Assembly: GCA_016184005.1 (NCBI GenBank)
Contig: JACPDL010000003.1
Span: 171,632-235,631 of the forward strand
Direction of reading: 5' to 3'
DNA: 64,000 bases
Origin: Candidatus Aenigmatarchaeota archaeon
GTDB lineage: Archaea; Aenigmatarchaeota; Aenigmatarchaeia; GW2011-AR5
Below, in pieces: positions 50,630 to 60,351 of the stretch (its first letter is position 1; the number at the start of each line of letters is the position of its first letter). The translations under genes were made by a program, and so were the position numbers. The notes under the pieces are model-generated. The model worked only from the letters and a program-made list of their open reading frames with translations, did no database searches and was not told the origin of the DNA.

Positions 50630-53404
50630 TCATCCTCTCAGGCAGTCTGCGCATTCGCTGCACTCTCCGGGATCGCAGACGCCGTTGTTCAGACACCCTG
50701 AGCATGCTTGTTGCGTGGCTGGCTGCGATAATGGCACGCGTTGCACGGCTGCTATGGGCTGCCGCGGCGCAATGCCTGCCGGCACGCTTGCAGCACTGCC
50801 TTGGCAGTCCTGCGGGCACGCATCAGGGTTGCGCTGCTCAAAATCATCGCAAATCCTGTCGCCGCACGGCTGCGTGGCTGATTGTGATCGTGGTCCTTCA
50901 AACCCCTCCACGGTCTCCCGTGGCGGCCCCTGAAATCCTCCGAATCCGGGCTGCTCGCCTCTTGCAAGCTGTTCAAGGCCCTGCTTCGCTTCAGGCGGGA
51001 GATAAGGGCCGAGTTCCTCCAGACATTCTTTTGCTTCTTCCGGCCCGCGGCCGCAGTAGTCGCGGCACTCGTCGCCGCTGCATTTTCCCGGGACACCCGG
51101 CGGGCCTTGTCCACCGGACCCGCCGAATTTCTTCATAAGCTCAACCATCGAGCCTTCGCAGTAAGGGAATATGTCTTCCTCAGGGTTTCTCACGCCCAAT
51201 GTATATTTTTCTATCTTGCATGTCATGTCGTAGGGCGGGCTGATTCCCGGCAATGTTCCTGCTGGCGGGCCCTCGCCTTCCGGCAGCACCACGTACATGA
51301 TGCACGCATTTCCCGAAAGTCCCTGCACCTCAACCTTTGGCCCTTTGCTGCCTTCGGGGTAAAATATCAGTTTCTTGCATAACCTGAATCCCCTGTCAAA
51401 GCAGGAACCGTCAGAGCCGCAGTTGGTGTCATCAGTCGCTTTCACCGCCTCGAACCTGTCGCCGCTTTTTGTGGCGCGCGATTCCTTGATGTTCTTCACA
51501 TCGTCGCTGGAGCTGAGCATGAGATACAGGATATCCTTCATCATGACGTCCTTGATATATTTCACGTCACGCTTCACTTCTATCAGGTCGTCTTCCATGA
51601 CATCGCCTCTCTGGACGGCATCACGCAGTTTTTCCTTTATTTCGTCGACCTTGTCCTTCGCCGCATCAAACATGTCGGAGACCCGCCTGTAGCGCCCTTC
51701 GTCCGGTGAGCCCGTTGATGCATAATAGCCTGCTATATCGTCTGTTTTTTTTGCAAGCTTGTCCAGCTCAATCTTCAGCTCCTCCATCCTAAACGCCATT
51801 GAAAGGAGCTCCGAAGGTTCAGGTATCCTTTCTATCGGGTCCACATCCGCTTCATGCGAATCCCCCTGAACAATACATTGGGACAGCGTGATGCATCCCT
51901 GGTTATCCCTTCTTACAACCAGTTCGCCGCCCTGATTCCCGCATTTCTGGTAAGCCTCCGGAGGCACATCGCGCGGACACTGTGAAGGCTCTCCGCATTT
52001 GATTAGAGGACAGCCGTTCTCGTCAAAACCATTAACGACGTTCAAACCCTGCCGCCTGCAGACATCTTCCTTTCCCTGCCTTTCCTCGAACGGCAGCGGT
52101 TCGCATCCGAGCTTCTGTGATTTCTGGGAGCATTTGGAAACCTTGCAGCCGCCCTGGACAGAAATCGCAAAATGAAGCCCCAGTTTCTCGCAGCTTTGCC
52201 TTGTCGCTTCGCGCTGTTCGTTTGTCTCAGCGGGGCATTTCTTTTCCTCCTGGAGCGGATTGAAAACAGGCACAACCGACGATGAAACGCCGCCGAACGT
52301 GCAGTCAGGGAATTCACACCCGTCAGGAGACTTCCTTAAAGAGAATATACCTTTGTTTTGCTCGCACCTGTTTTTGACATCTTCAATATCCGGAGTCGGC
52401 GGGCAGGCAGATCTTGATTCACATACAACACCGACAAAGCCCTTTTCCTTATCCACCACCTGTCTGCAGCCCTGCGGTATGCTTTCTATGGGACACGTTT
52501 CGCAGAAGCAGCTGCCATCCTCATTCTGCCTGCACATGACGCGGGAGCCGTCTGCGCATGTCCGGGTTACAGGGCATGCCTCCCTTGCGCTTATGCAGTC
52601 CCGCCTGCAGAAATTTTCTTCACCCGACTCGCAGATATTGTTCCCACAAGCAGCGCTGCGGTCAGGGCATCTGTCAACCCTGTGCCAGCCGGGCGGCAAA
52701 CAAGAATCAGGGAATTCTTTGCAGTTTCCTGCTGCATCCGTTCCTCGTGTCAATCCAGGAATACAAACAGTTCCTCCACCTCCGCCGCCTTCACCGCCGG
52801 AGGGCTCGCACCTGTAGTCTGTGATGCAGCCTTTGCTGTCGTAATTGGGCTTCGGATAAGCATCAGCGGGGCAAGAAGGTTTTGCAGGCGGTGTGGGGCA
52901 TGCTGTGATAGACGGCGGTATGCATTCGTATCCTGTTACGCAACCGTTAGCATCATATTTTTCTTTGGCTGTTCCATCATGGCAATAATCAGCAGAAGGC
53001 GGAGAAATAGGCGGGCATGTTATTGTCACGTTCGCAGCTGGCGGCGCGTCGTGTCCTGCACAGGAAGGCGTGCATGTTGAGCATGTCCCGCCAGAGCATG
53101 TGTTCGAACAGGAAGCAACATAGCTGTCAGGGCATGTAGCCGTTTTCGGGCTGCACGTTATTCCGGTACACGGGTCTGGCGGCGCCTCATGACCGCTGCA
53201 CGAAGGCACACATGCAGAGCATACGCCGCCGGAACAGGTATTCGTGCAGGAAGCAACATAGCTGTCAGGGCACGTGGTTGTTGCCGGATCGCATGTCACG
53301 CCTGCGCATAAATCAGTTGTAACATTTTCTTGTGCAAAAACGAGCATTCCAGAAAAGAGCAAAGAAAATGCTATGGCAATTACAATAAGCCTACACCAAT
53401 GCAT
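50630..53404 (-). CDS. Large secreted cysteine-rich surface protein with tandem Cys-pattern repeats
   Basis: Signal peptide; duplicated ~45-aa module ...CPDSYVASC(T/S)NTCSGG(V/T)CS...; >80 Cys; Gly-rich linker. Confidence 0.6.
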   Translation of the reverse strand: MHWCRLIVIAIAFSLLFSGMLVFAQENVTTDLCAGVTCDPATTTCPDSYVASCTNTCSGGVCSACVPSCSGHEAPPDPCTGITCSPKTATCPDSYVASCSNTCSGGTCSTCTPSCAGHDAPPAANVTITCPPISPPSADYCHDGTAKEKYDANGCVTGYECIPPSITACPTPPAKPSCPADAYPKPNYDSKGCITDYRCEPSGGEGGGGGGTVCIPGLTRGTDAAGNCKEFPDSCLPPGWHRVDRCPDRSAACGNNICESGEENFCRRDCISAREACPVTRTCADGSRVMCRQNEDGSCFCETCPIESIPQGCRQVVDKEKGFVGVVCESRSACPPTPDIEDVKNRCEQNKGIFSLRKSPDGCEFPDCTFGGVSSSVVPVFNPLQEEKKCPAETNEQREATRQSCEKLGLHFAISVQGGCKVSKCSQKSQKLGCEPLPFEERQGKEDVCRRQGLNVVNGFDENGCPLIKCGEPSQCPRDVPPEAYQKCGNQGGELVVRRDNQGCITLSQCIVQGDSHEADVDPIERIPEPSELLSMAFRMEELKIELDKLAKKTDDIAGYYASTGSPDEGRYRRVSDMFDAAKDKVDEIKEKLRDAVQRGDVMEDDLIEVKRDVKYIKDVMMKDILYLMLSSSDDVKNIKESRATKSGDRFEAVKATDDTNCGSDGSCFDRGFRLCKKLIFYPEGSKGPKVEVQGLSGNACIMYVVLPEGEGPPAGTLPGISPPYDMTCKIEKYTLGVRNPEEDIFPYCEGSMVELMKKFGGSGGQGPPGVPGKCSGDECRDYCGRGPEEAKECLEELGPYLPPEAKQGLEQLARGEQPGFGGFQGPPRETVEGFEGPRSQSATQPCGDRICDDFEQRNPDACPQDCQGSAASVPAGIAPRQPIAAVQRVPLSQPATQQACSGCLNNGVCDPGECSECADCLRG

Positions 53405-53440
53405 ACTACAACATGGTCCGGGCCACTATATAAAAATACC

Positions 53441-53950
53441 TCATCCTTGGCGAGGTTGCGGCTTTTTGAGCAAGTTCATGTCGTCTTCTTCTATTTTCCC
53501 TTGCATTTCAATAATATCCCTGACTAATCTGGCCCTCAGTTCTTTGTCACTCATTGAAAATATCTTCGCAGCAGCCAGTGCTGCATTTTCTGGATCCTGA
53601 ACATACATAGGTGCTGACATGCTTGGCGTATAAACTGTTGACAGTACAGGCAATCCAGCAAATTTGTCGCTGTAAGGAGGACATGCTATAACTGGATTAA
53701 CGGTATTAGCAGCTACCGTTCCAGACAAACCATCGCTTCTGCCGGCTATAGTGATGTAAACTACAGAAAGGCCGGTTCTTGCATCAGTTTCTGCAATCAT
53801 TTGAGCTAAATAGCTGGGATGTTTATGGGCAGAAGCCACCCGCGGTTCAAAAGGCAGGCCATATCTGTCAAGTGCAGCATAAAGTTTCTTGTTGTGCTCA
53901 GTGTTGTGATCGCTTCTGGAGCCCATTATAACAGGAACAAGTTTTGTCAT
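53441..53950 (-). CDS. purE: N5-carboxyaminoimidazole ribonucleotide mutase (PurE)
   Basis: VPVIMGSRSD...ASAHKHP...ITIAG motifs. Confidence 0.85.
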   Translation of the reverse strand: MTKLVPVIMGSRSDHNTEHNKKLYAALDRYGLPFEPRVASAHKHPSYLAQMIAETDARTGLSVVYITIAGRSDGLSGTVAANTVNPVIACPPYSDKFAGLPVLSTVYTPSMSAPMYVQDPENAALAAAKIFSMSDKELRARLVRDIIEMQGKIEEDDMNLLKKPQPRQG

Positions 53951-53967
53951 CCCACATCCAACCTCTT

Positions 53968-54954
53968 TTACTTAAGGAAACCGGTCTTTGCGAGATTTCC
54001 AGCAATCCTTTCATTTGTTGGCGGATCTGCTGCAGGCAAAGGTTTTCCTGTTACCATCTCATAGCTTCCCACAGCCCTGTTTGAAGCGCCAGCGATTACT
54101 TCATCGGGTATTGCCGGCATTTTGCCTTCGCCCCTGAAACCATTTTCCGACAGCCATGTTCTTACATATTCCTTGTCAACCCAAGCTTCAGCCCATGCCT
54201 TTGGCGGAGCATTCGCTTCCATCAGGCGCCCATAATCAGCAAATCTCAGAAATCTTGATGAATCATGCGTCCACGCTTCATCAATCAGCCCAATATATCC
54301 GTCCCCGCCCCTTCTGCCGTACTCAAACTTGGTGTCAACAAGTAATCCGCCGTGCCGTCTTGTTTCAAGATCGCCTGCGGCATATAAATCAAGTGTATAC
54401 TGTCTGATTTTTCCTGCTTCGGCTTCAGATCCTACGAGATCAGCAAAATCTTGCCACGTGTTCAAATCAACATCATGACCCGCATCAGCTTTAGTACTAG
54501 GAGTAAATAATGGACTGTCAAATCCTTGACCATGTATCAATCCTTCACGAAGCTTTGTTCCGAAAAATTCTCTTCTGCCTTTTTCATACTGTCTCCACGC
54601 AGAACCAACCAAATATCCTCTTGCTATAGCCTCGACTTTTACGGGCGTATAGGCTTCAGCAACAGTCACGTTCGGGTCAGGGACTGAAATAAAATGATTT
54701 GGAACAATTCCTTTCGTTTTCTCGAAACCAAAAGCGGAAGCCCGGTTAAGCGCGCATCCTTTGTACGGCACGCCCTGCTCAGAGACAACATCAAACGCAG
54801 ATATTCTGTCTGTTGTAACAAGATAAACGTATCTCCCATCTGCATATACGTCTCTTACTTTGCCGCGTTTTACAAGCCTTAATGGCAGAGGTAAATCAGA
54901 TTCTTTTAAAATCTGAAGGGATGAAACCATCCCGGGCGTGACCGTCATTTTCAT
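53968..54954 (-). CDS. purC: SAICAR synthetase (PurC), long form
   Basis: RGKVRDVY...LVTTDRISAFD motifs. Confidence 0.8.
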   Translation of the reverse strand: MKMTVTPGMVSSLQILKESDLPLPLRLVKRGKVRDVYADGRYVYLVTTDRISAFDVVSEQGVPYKGCALNRASAFGFEKTKGIVPNHFISVPDPNVTVAEAYTPVKVEAIARGYLVGSAWRQYEKGRREFFGTKLREGLIHGQGFDSPLFTPSTKADAGHDVDLNTWQDFADLVGSEAEAGKIRQYTLDLYAAGDLETRRHGGLLVDTKFEYGRRGGDGYIGLIDEAWTHDSSRFLRFADYGRLMEANAPPKAWAEAWVDKEYVRTWLSENGFRGEGKMPAIPDEVIAGASNRAVGSYEMVTGKPLPAADPPTNERIAGNLAKTGFLK

Positions 54955-55032
54955 CTTATTATCTGTGCGCCTAAATCTTATAAATGCAAGCGCTGTTGTA
55001 ATCGTAATTTCCCTGTAATTGTTTCAGAAGTT

Positions 55033-55581
55033 TCACATGTACCTGTACTGGATGTAACGTCTTGCAACACCATAGAGCTTGCGCTTGACAAGAACATATC
55101 CAACAATCTCTTTCATGTTTTCTGCTGAAACATACTCATTTTTGTATTTCTTGCCGATTATTGAAAGAATATCCTGCATTGCCTTTTGCAGCTTCAACCC
55201 GTCCTGCGTTCCAGCCAATTTGAATGTCTTCTGCACTGATTTGAAAAGTTTTTCCGGCGAGAATTTCTCTTTTCTGCCGTCTCTTTTTATGACGCCTTTG
55301 ATCCTGACAGGCTTTGCGTGCAGCCACACAAGCTCGTAATAATCGCAGACCCTGTGGTGATTATCCTTTCTGAGTGCATAGCAGACAGTTTTTCTTATGT
55401 CTTCTGTGTCAACGAGTTTTTTCTTTTTCAATCTATTCATTACATCACCGGCAATCCTTTCTTCAAGGGCGATGTCCGATATTCCTGCCATGTGCATTGC
55501 ATGATGTATCGAATGAAGCAGCTTGTGCCTGCTGAATTTCTCTCTCTTGCCGCTGCGCTTTTTCACTTTTTCCGCCATCAT
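55033..55581 (-). CDS. Tandem ATP-cone domain protein
   Basis: Two repeats of V(K/I)KRxG(K/R)xEKFSxxKL. Confidence 0.6.
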   Translation of the reverse strand: MMAEKVKKRSGKREKFSRHKLLHSIHHAMHMAGISDIALEERIAGDVMNRLKKKKLVDTEDIRKTVCYALRKDNHHRVCDYYELVWLHAKPVRIKGVIKRDGRKEKFSPEKLFKSVQKTFKLAGTQDGLKLQKAMQDILSIIGKKYKNEYVSAENMKEIVGYVLVKRKLYGVARRYIQYRYM

Positions 55582-55586
55582 CTCAC

Positions 55587-57479
55587 CTAAGTCTTTCTCT
55601 TTTTGTGGTTAGTATGCTTGTGCTTTTGACCAAGCGTCTTGATAATGTACATTATCCCTATAGCAAGGATGCTTGCTACTACAAGCGGAATAAGCGCCCA
55701 TTCAAGCACCGTCGTGATTATCCAAGCGCTTATGCCAAGGAGCATGAGGCCGACTGCAAGCCTCATCTTGCCTTTGTGTTCGCGTCTCCAGCCTTCCATC
55801 TTTTTGTAACCTATGCCTTTGTATGCCATATAAATTATTACTATCAGGGGCAATACGAAAACCAAGTTGTAGAGCAGCAACAATAGAAGTGCATTATAGA
55901 ATTGTACACCTGACTGCGACATCAGCGTTATTATGGCAAGATATGGGGCGCCTGTGCATGGCAGTTCTATAAGGGTGACTATTGAACCAAACAAGAATGC
56001 GCTAAACAGGCTTGTATGGGATTTCTTTGCGCTGCTCTCGACAACGCCGACAAACCTTTTTGGGATTGCCAAGCTGAAACCCCGGCCGTACCAGAAATAA
56101 TCTTTTATCTCCAGGAAAGCTGCAAACAACACGAAAAATCCAATGATAACATAAAAGAGCTGGCTTAGCAATTGTATATCACGCACGGCGTTGAATACAG
56201 AAAGCAGCGTGACCCCGCCAACGAGGTATGTGGCATAGACTCCAAGTGTGTAGACAGAACCATTAACCAGAACAGCTCTTTTCTTTCTTGTTTTGAGAAG
56301 CACTGTGATCAAAAGCAGAAGTACGCCTATCACGCAGGGATTTATTGAGTCGATAAGTGCAAAGCCTACAATTATTGGAAGCGTGAGTTCCGGCGTGAGC
56401 TCTGCCGTAGCAGATTGTTTTTCAGGAGCCGTTTGAGGTGCAGCTTTTTCATCAAATATTATTGTTATTACGTCCCCGTCTTTCCATATGTAATCACGGA
56501 AATTTCCTGCAGGCTTCCCAAGTTCGTCCCTGTTCCAGTTCCTGCTCACGTACATCTTGACGCTGCCAGGCTGGCCGTTGCATGAATCACCTGCTTGCTT
56601 GTCAAGTATTCTACTGGAATCAAAATTTACTTCCATATTGTCAAAGAATGCTCCCAGCGTCAGCGGTGTTGTATCAAATATTTCTTTTGTTACCGGGTCA
56701 TATCTCAATCTTTCGTGGAAATGGATAAGGTTCTTTTCTTCATGCGTATGCGGCCCGTCTAACGGGCCTTCTTCTACAGGAAATCTGTAGCTTTCATCCC
56801 CGCAGACATCTATGTTCACCTCTGTGTGTATGTGGGCGCTCCAGTAGCATTCATCGGGTGTAATGCAGACCGTGACGCCTCTTTCCGCAGCGCCGCTTGT
56901 ATAAACAAAATACAGAGAATAAGAGATTGCAACAGCTGCGATCAAAACAGCAGCTACAATAAATGCTTTCTTTATTTTCTTTGTGTGATAAGCATAGTAT
57001 GCTGCAAGTATTACAGCCAGAATCGCAACAAGCTGGAAGTATTGTTCAACTTCAGGCGAAGATCCTTCCACGCTAACATCGAACGTCTGCCTTATTTCCC
57101 GGCCATCGCGGTTAAACTCAACATGGATTTCGTTCATGCCGGAGTACTTGAAAGCGTGCTTGATGAAATAATGCCCCGCGGTGCGTTCCTTGGCTTCTAT
57201 GCGCTCCGAGTATCCTTTATCATGCTTGTCTACGACAAAATAAACAGAAATCCCTGTAACAGCAGTATTGTTTTCCTGTATCTCTGCCTCTATAGCACTA
57301 GCATCTCCTTGGAATGCCTGAAGCGGCGTCAAATCAATATCGAATCCATCAGAACTTATTTCTCCTTCGTGCGCTATTGCAACCGGGAGCAGTAACAGGA
57401 TTATGAACAAGAGACTTGTTTTTCCCATGAAAGTTACCTGATTATCTATCTTAAAACCCGCTATAAATATGTTTTTCAC
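55587..57479 (-). CDS. DsbD/CcdA-like thiol:disulfide transporter membrane domain with a large N-terminal extracytoplasmic domain
   Basis: TM segments with conserved Cys (IDSINPCVIG and ELPCTGAPYL); N-terminal signal and ~300-aa soluble domain. Confidence 0.5.
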   Translation of the reverse strand: MKNIFIAGFKIDNQVTFMGKTSLLFIILLLLPVAIAHEGEISSDGFDIDLTPLQAFQGDASAIEAEIQENNTAVTGISVYFVVDKHDKGYSERIEAKERTAGHYFIKHAFKYSGMNEIHVEFNRDGREIRQTFDVSVEGSSPEVEQYFQLVAILAVILAAYYAYHTKKIKKAFIVAAVLIAAVAISYSLYFVYTSGAAERGVTVCITPDECYWSAHIHTEVNIDVCGDESYRFPVEEGPLDGPHTHEEKNLIHFHERLRYDPVTKEIFDTTPLTLGAFFDNMEVNFDSSRILDKQAGDSCNGQPGSVKMYVSRNWNRDELGKPAGNFRDYIWKDGDVITIIFDEKAAPQTAPEKQSATAELTPELTLPIIVGFALIDSINPCVIGVLLLLITVLLKTRKKRAVLVNGSVYTLGVYATYLVGGVTLLSVFNAVRDIQLLSQLFYVIIGFFVLFAAFLEIKDYFWYGRGFSLAIPKRFVGVVESSAKKSHTSLFSAFLFGSIVTLIELPCTGAPYLAIITLMSQSGVQFYNALLLLLLYNLVFVLPLIVIIYMAYKGIGYKKMEGWRREHKGKMRLAVGLMLLGISAWIITTVLEWALIPLVVASILAIGIMYIIKTLGQKHKHTNHKKRKT

Positions 57480-57506
57480 AGGAATCCTTGCACAAATGGC
57501 TTTGAA

Positions 57507-59282
57507 TCACTTGAACAAGCCTGCTAGCCATCCAAGAATGCCCGCAAAGAAATCAACAATCGCATCAAGAAAGCCTTTTTTCCCGGCCTGTTGCACATCT
57601 ATATATGTTGTGTAGCTCGCAGCAGAGTCAGACAATACGAGCACCACGACGCTTCTTTTGCCTGTCTCTGCAGACAGGTTAAATCTTAATGCCCTGGTCT
57701 CACCGGGCTGAAAAGCAACACTTTGCTCCGATTTATCGTCGAGTTCGGCGCTTACCGCTGCCTGCTTGATTTTATTTTCAAGGTTTCTCACTGTAACGTT
57801 TACGATAAACGTACTGCCCATAGAGACGCCCTCTGGCAGGGCTACTGAGATATCGAATTCTTTCTTCTCAATCACCGACACGCTTTTCTGAGCCAATGCT
57901 CCATTTGAGTAAAGGTAGAATTTGTACACGCCCGGCTTGGCCAGGGAAAGCTGCCATGTCTTATCGTTGTGCCTGGTCAGGTTCGGCGAATAGAAAATGA
58001 AGTCATTGCCGGATTCCGCAGACAACGTGAACATTTCGTTCAATGACACGACATCAGGGCCTGATATCGAAACACCTGAAGGGCTCGACTGGCCTTTTAT
58101 TCGTACTACAGACCGGCTGCTTGCGCCTAACTGGTCAAAAACAGTCATTGGGCACGAATAAATGAAATGATCGTCAAGTTCATGCGGCGGGAAAAACCAG
58201 TAAATATCTTCAGCACCGCACTGCCACAGCTGCCTTTTGCTGTCGTAAACATTGACAAGGGACTTGTTATCGCTTCCTGCGCACGAGAGAGCCTCTATTT
58301 CTGTTATGGTGCAGCTCTGGGTGCCAACAGACGCCCTGATGAAACCTGACTCGTCAAGAGTCACGCCAGGCGTTTCCATGGATATTGTTGTTATATTTCC
58401 CAGCCTGTAATCGATTATTTCCACGTTGTCTTCATTTCTTTGCCATGATACAGATCCCGGGCCAAAATAAGTCAGCAGTTCTGTCTGGTTTGCGTCTATT
58501 CCATTGGCAGTTTTTATGTGGGTCGCGTCTACATAGCCGCCCTGAAGCCATGTGGGATCGAAAGGTATCCATGTGCCATCAGCAGCAAGCACTTCCACCC
58601 ATGTGTGGCCGATAAGCTTGTTCTGGACGCTGGAATAAGCATAGCCCACAATATACCTGTTAGGGATGCCTGATATCTTCAGCAAAGATGAAAGCAGGTT
58701 TGCATATTCTACACATACTCCCCTGCGGTTTGCAAGCACCCAGTCGCTTGGTTTCAATTGCCCGGCCAGATCAAGGTCGTAATCCACGTAATTGTTCACA
58801 AAAATAGTGAGCTCAGCGGCCTTTCTCAATGAATTCTCATATGGAAAAGCAATCTTTCGCATATCATCAGTGAATATAATTTGCTTGTTTTCCTTCAGAT
58901 ATTCAGGATTGCTTGACAGTTTTTTTTCAGATGCAACACCCTTTGCATTGCTGACAACGGTTGTTTCAACAATGTAATCCGCCTTTCCTGAAGGGTTTGT
59001 CCATTCCAGGCTAATCTGGTCATTGCCAGATTTATCCTTAACGGCCTTCCATGAGAATCCGTTTGCGCTTGAGGCAACGTTCCTTGATTCCACTCCTTCC
59101 TGGGGCGTGGACAGTATAACAGATGCAGATTTTACAGCACCTGAAGCCGAGATGTAGCCTGACTGGATTATCTTTACCTTCATGTAGCCTATCTGCTTCG
59201 GGTTAATATCCAGCCGACTGTCTTGTGCAAAAACCGGCACGCAAAGAAGCAAAATCAAAGCAACGAAAATCAATTTTTTCAT
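57507..59282 (-). CDS. Secreted transglutaminase-like cysteine protease superfamily protein with C-terminal TM anchor
   Basis: Signal peptide; core GVCVEYANLL...GHTWVEV...D (Cys-His-Asp triad pattern). Confidence 0.65.
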   Translation of the reverse strand: MKKLIFVALILLLCVPVFAQDSRLDINPKQIGYMKVKIIQSGYISASGAVKSASVILSTPQEGVESRNVASSANGFSWKAVKDKSGNDQISLEWTNPSGKADYIVETTVVSNAKGVASEKKLSSNPEYLKENKQIIFTDDMRKIAFPYENSLRKAAELTIFVNNYVDYDLDLAGQLKPSDWVLANRRGVCVEYANLLSSLLKISGIPNRYIVGYAYSSVQNKLIGHTWVEVLAADGTWIPFDPTWLQGGYVDATHIKTANGIDANQTELLTYFGPGSVSWQRNEDNVEIIDYRLGNITTISMETPGVTLDESGFIRASVGTQSCTITEIEALSCAGSDNKSLVNVYDSKRQLWQCGAEDIYWFFPPHELDDHFIYSCPMTVFDQLGASSRSVVRIKGQSSPSGVSISGPDVVSLNEMFTLSAESGNDFIFYSPNLTRHNDKTWQLSLAKPGVYKFYLYSNGALAQKSVSVIEKKEFDISVALPEGVSMGSTFIVNVTVRNLENKIKQAAVSAELDDKSEQSVAFQPGETRALRFNLSAETGKRSVVVLVLSDSAASYTTYIDVQQAGKKGFLDAIVDFFAGILGWLAGLFK

Positions 59283-59360
59283 CTTATTCTATTTATGAGT
59301 TATATAAATAAAACACTGACTGAATAAAACTTATAAGGTTTCAAATGTTTATGGCTCTCG

Positions 59361-60227
59361 ATGCCAAGGATATTTGATGGAACAAGGCCTGCGAATGTTG
59401 TTGTCTTTTTCTCAGGCGGAGCAAGCTCAATGAGAGCGATGTTAGAAGATGAAAATCACGGCAGAACTTACACTGTAGTAGGAGCTTACACAGACAAAGA
59501 ACATGCAGAAGGCAGAAAACTTTGTGATGATGCTGGAATACCCCACGTTTATCGCGGCAGAAAAAAATTCTATGCAGAACGCGGGCTAGATCCTAAGCAA
59601 TGGGATTCCAGAAGGCGTTTCTACGATTATCTTTGCGGTGAACTTGCACAATTCAAGCCTGATATTATCTGCCTTTCAGGCTACATGCATATAGTTACAG
59701 ACCCGTTGCTGAATGAATATAGGCATAGTGTTCTCAATGTCCATCCTTCTGACCTGACAATACTAACAGGCGAACACCGTGAAAGAGTGAATGCCGCCTG
59801 CATGGATCAGGAAACTGCAGCAAGGCTCGCATGCGTCTATGGTGTCAAAAGAAAATTTACAGGAGCAAACGCTGTATATGATGCAGTGAACGCGGGAGAA
59901 CCTGAGACCAGGTCGACTGTACATATAGTTACTGAGGAACCTGACGGCGGCCCTATAGTCACACAATCAAGAGCTTTCAGGATACGGCCGAGCTGGAAAA
60001 CGCCGCTTATCGACCAGGAACAAGTCCAGAAATACGCAAATGGGTTGCAAAAACAGATGAAAGCAGGAGGAGACGGACCTGCTTATCTCAAAGCTTTGGA
60101 TCTTGTAGCAACAGGCAGGCTGTCTGTGATCGATACTTTTACGTTTATTGCTCACGAAGAGCTGAAAGTCAGAAAACTTTTAGATGGTGAAAAGGAGCTT
60201 CCTTATTCCGGCCTGAGACTAAGCTAA
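59361..60227 (+). CDS. Formyltransferase-family protein (PurN/Fmt catalytic core)
   Basis: SVLNVHPSDL (N-x-H) and VHIVTEEPDGGPIV (Asp) motifs typical of N10-formyl-THF-dependent formyltransferases; near purE/purC. Confidence 0.55.
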   Translation: MPRIFDGTRPANVVVFFSGGASSMRAMLEDENHGRTYTVVGAYTDKEHAEGRKLCDDAGIPHVYRGRKKFYAERGLDPKQWDSRRRFYDYLCGELAQFKPDIICLSGYMHIVTDPLLNEYRHSVLNVHPSDLTILTGEHRERVNAACMDQETAARLACVYGVKRKFTGANAVYDAVNAGEPETRSTVHIVTEEPDGGPIVTQSRAFRIRPSWKTPLIDQEQVQKYANGLQKQMKAGGDGPAYLKALDLVATGRLSVIDTFTFIAHEELKVRKLLDGEKELPYSGLRLS

Positions 60228-60279
60228 TCAATTCTCGCTTCTTTTAAAAAACTTCCCTCTATACTATGCAAAGTTCAAT

Positions 60280-60351
60280 GAAAAAGAAAGGTCTTTGTCA
60301 GTTTCTTTGGGGTTTACAAAGACCTTTCTTTTGTAAAGAAAGGGATTTGTT
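60280..60351. repeat. Family-A start-codon-abutting palindromic element
   Basis: aaagaaaggtctttgt-cagtttctttggggttt-acaaagacctttctttt-gtaaagaaagggatttgtt-ATG(RFC). Confidence 0.7.

Noticed and set aside
51107-53080. Multiple plus-strand ORFs opposite the Cys-rich surface protein gene
   Set aside because: Antisense ORFs produced by the GC-rich repetitive coding sequence of the minus-strand gene.
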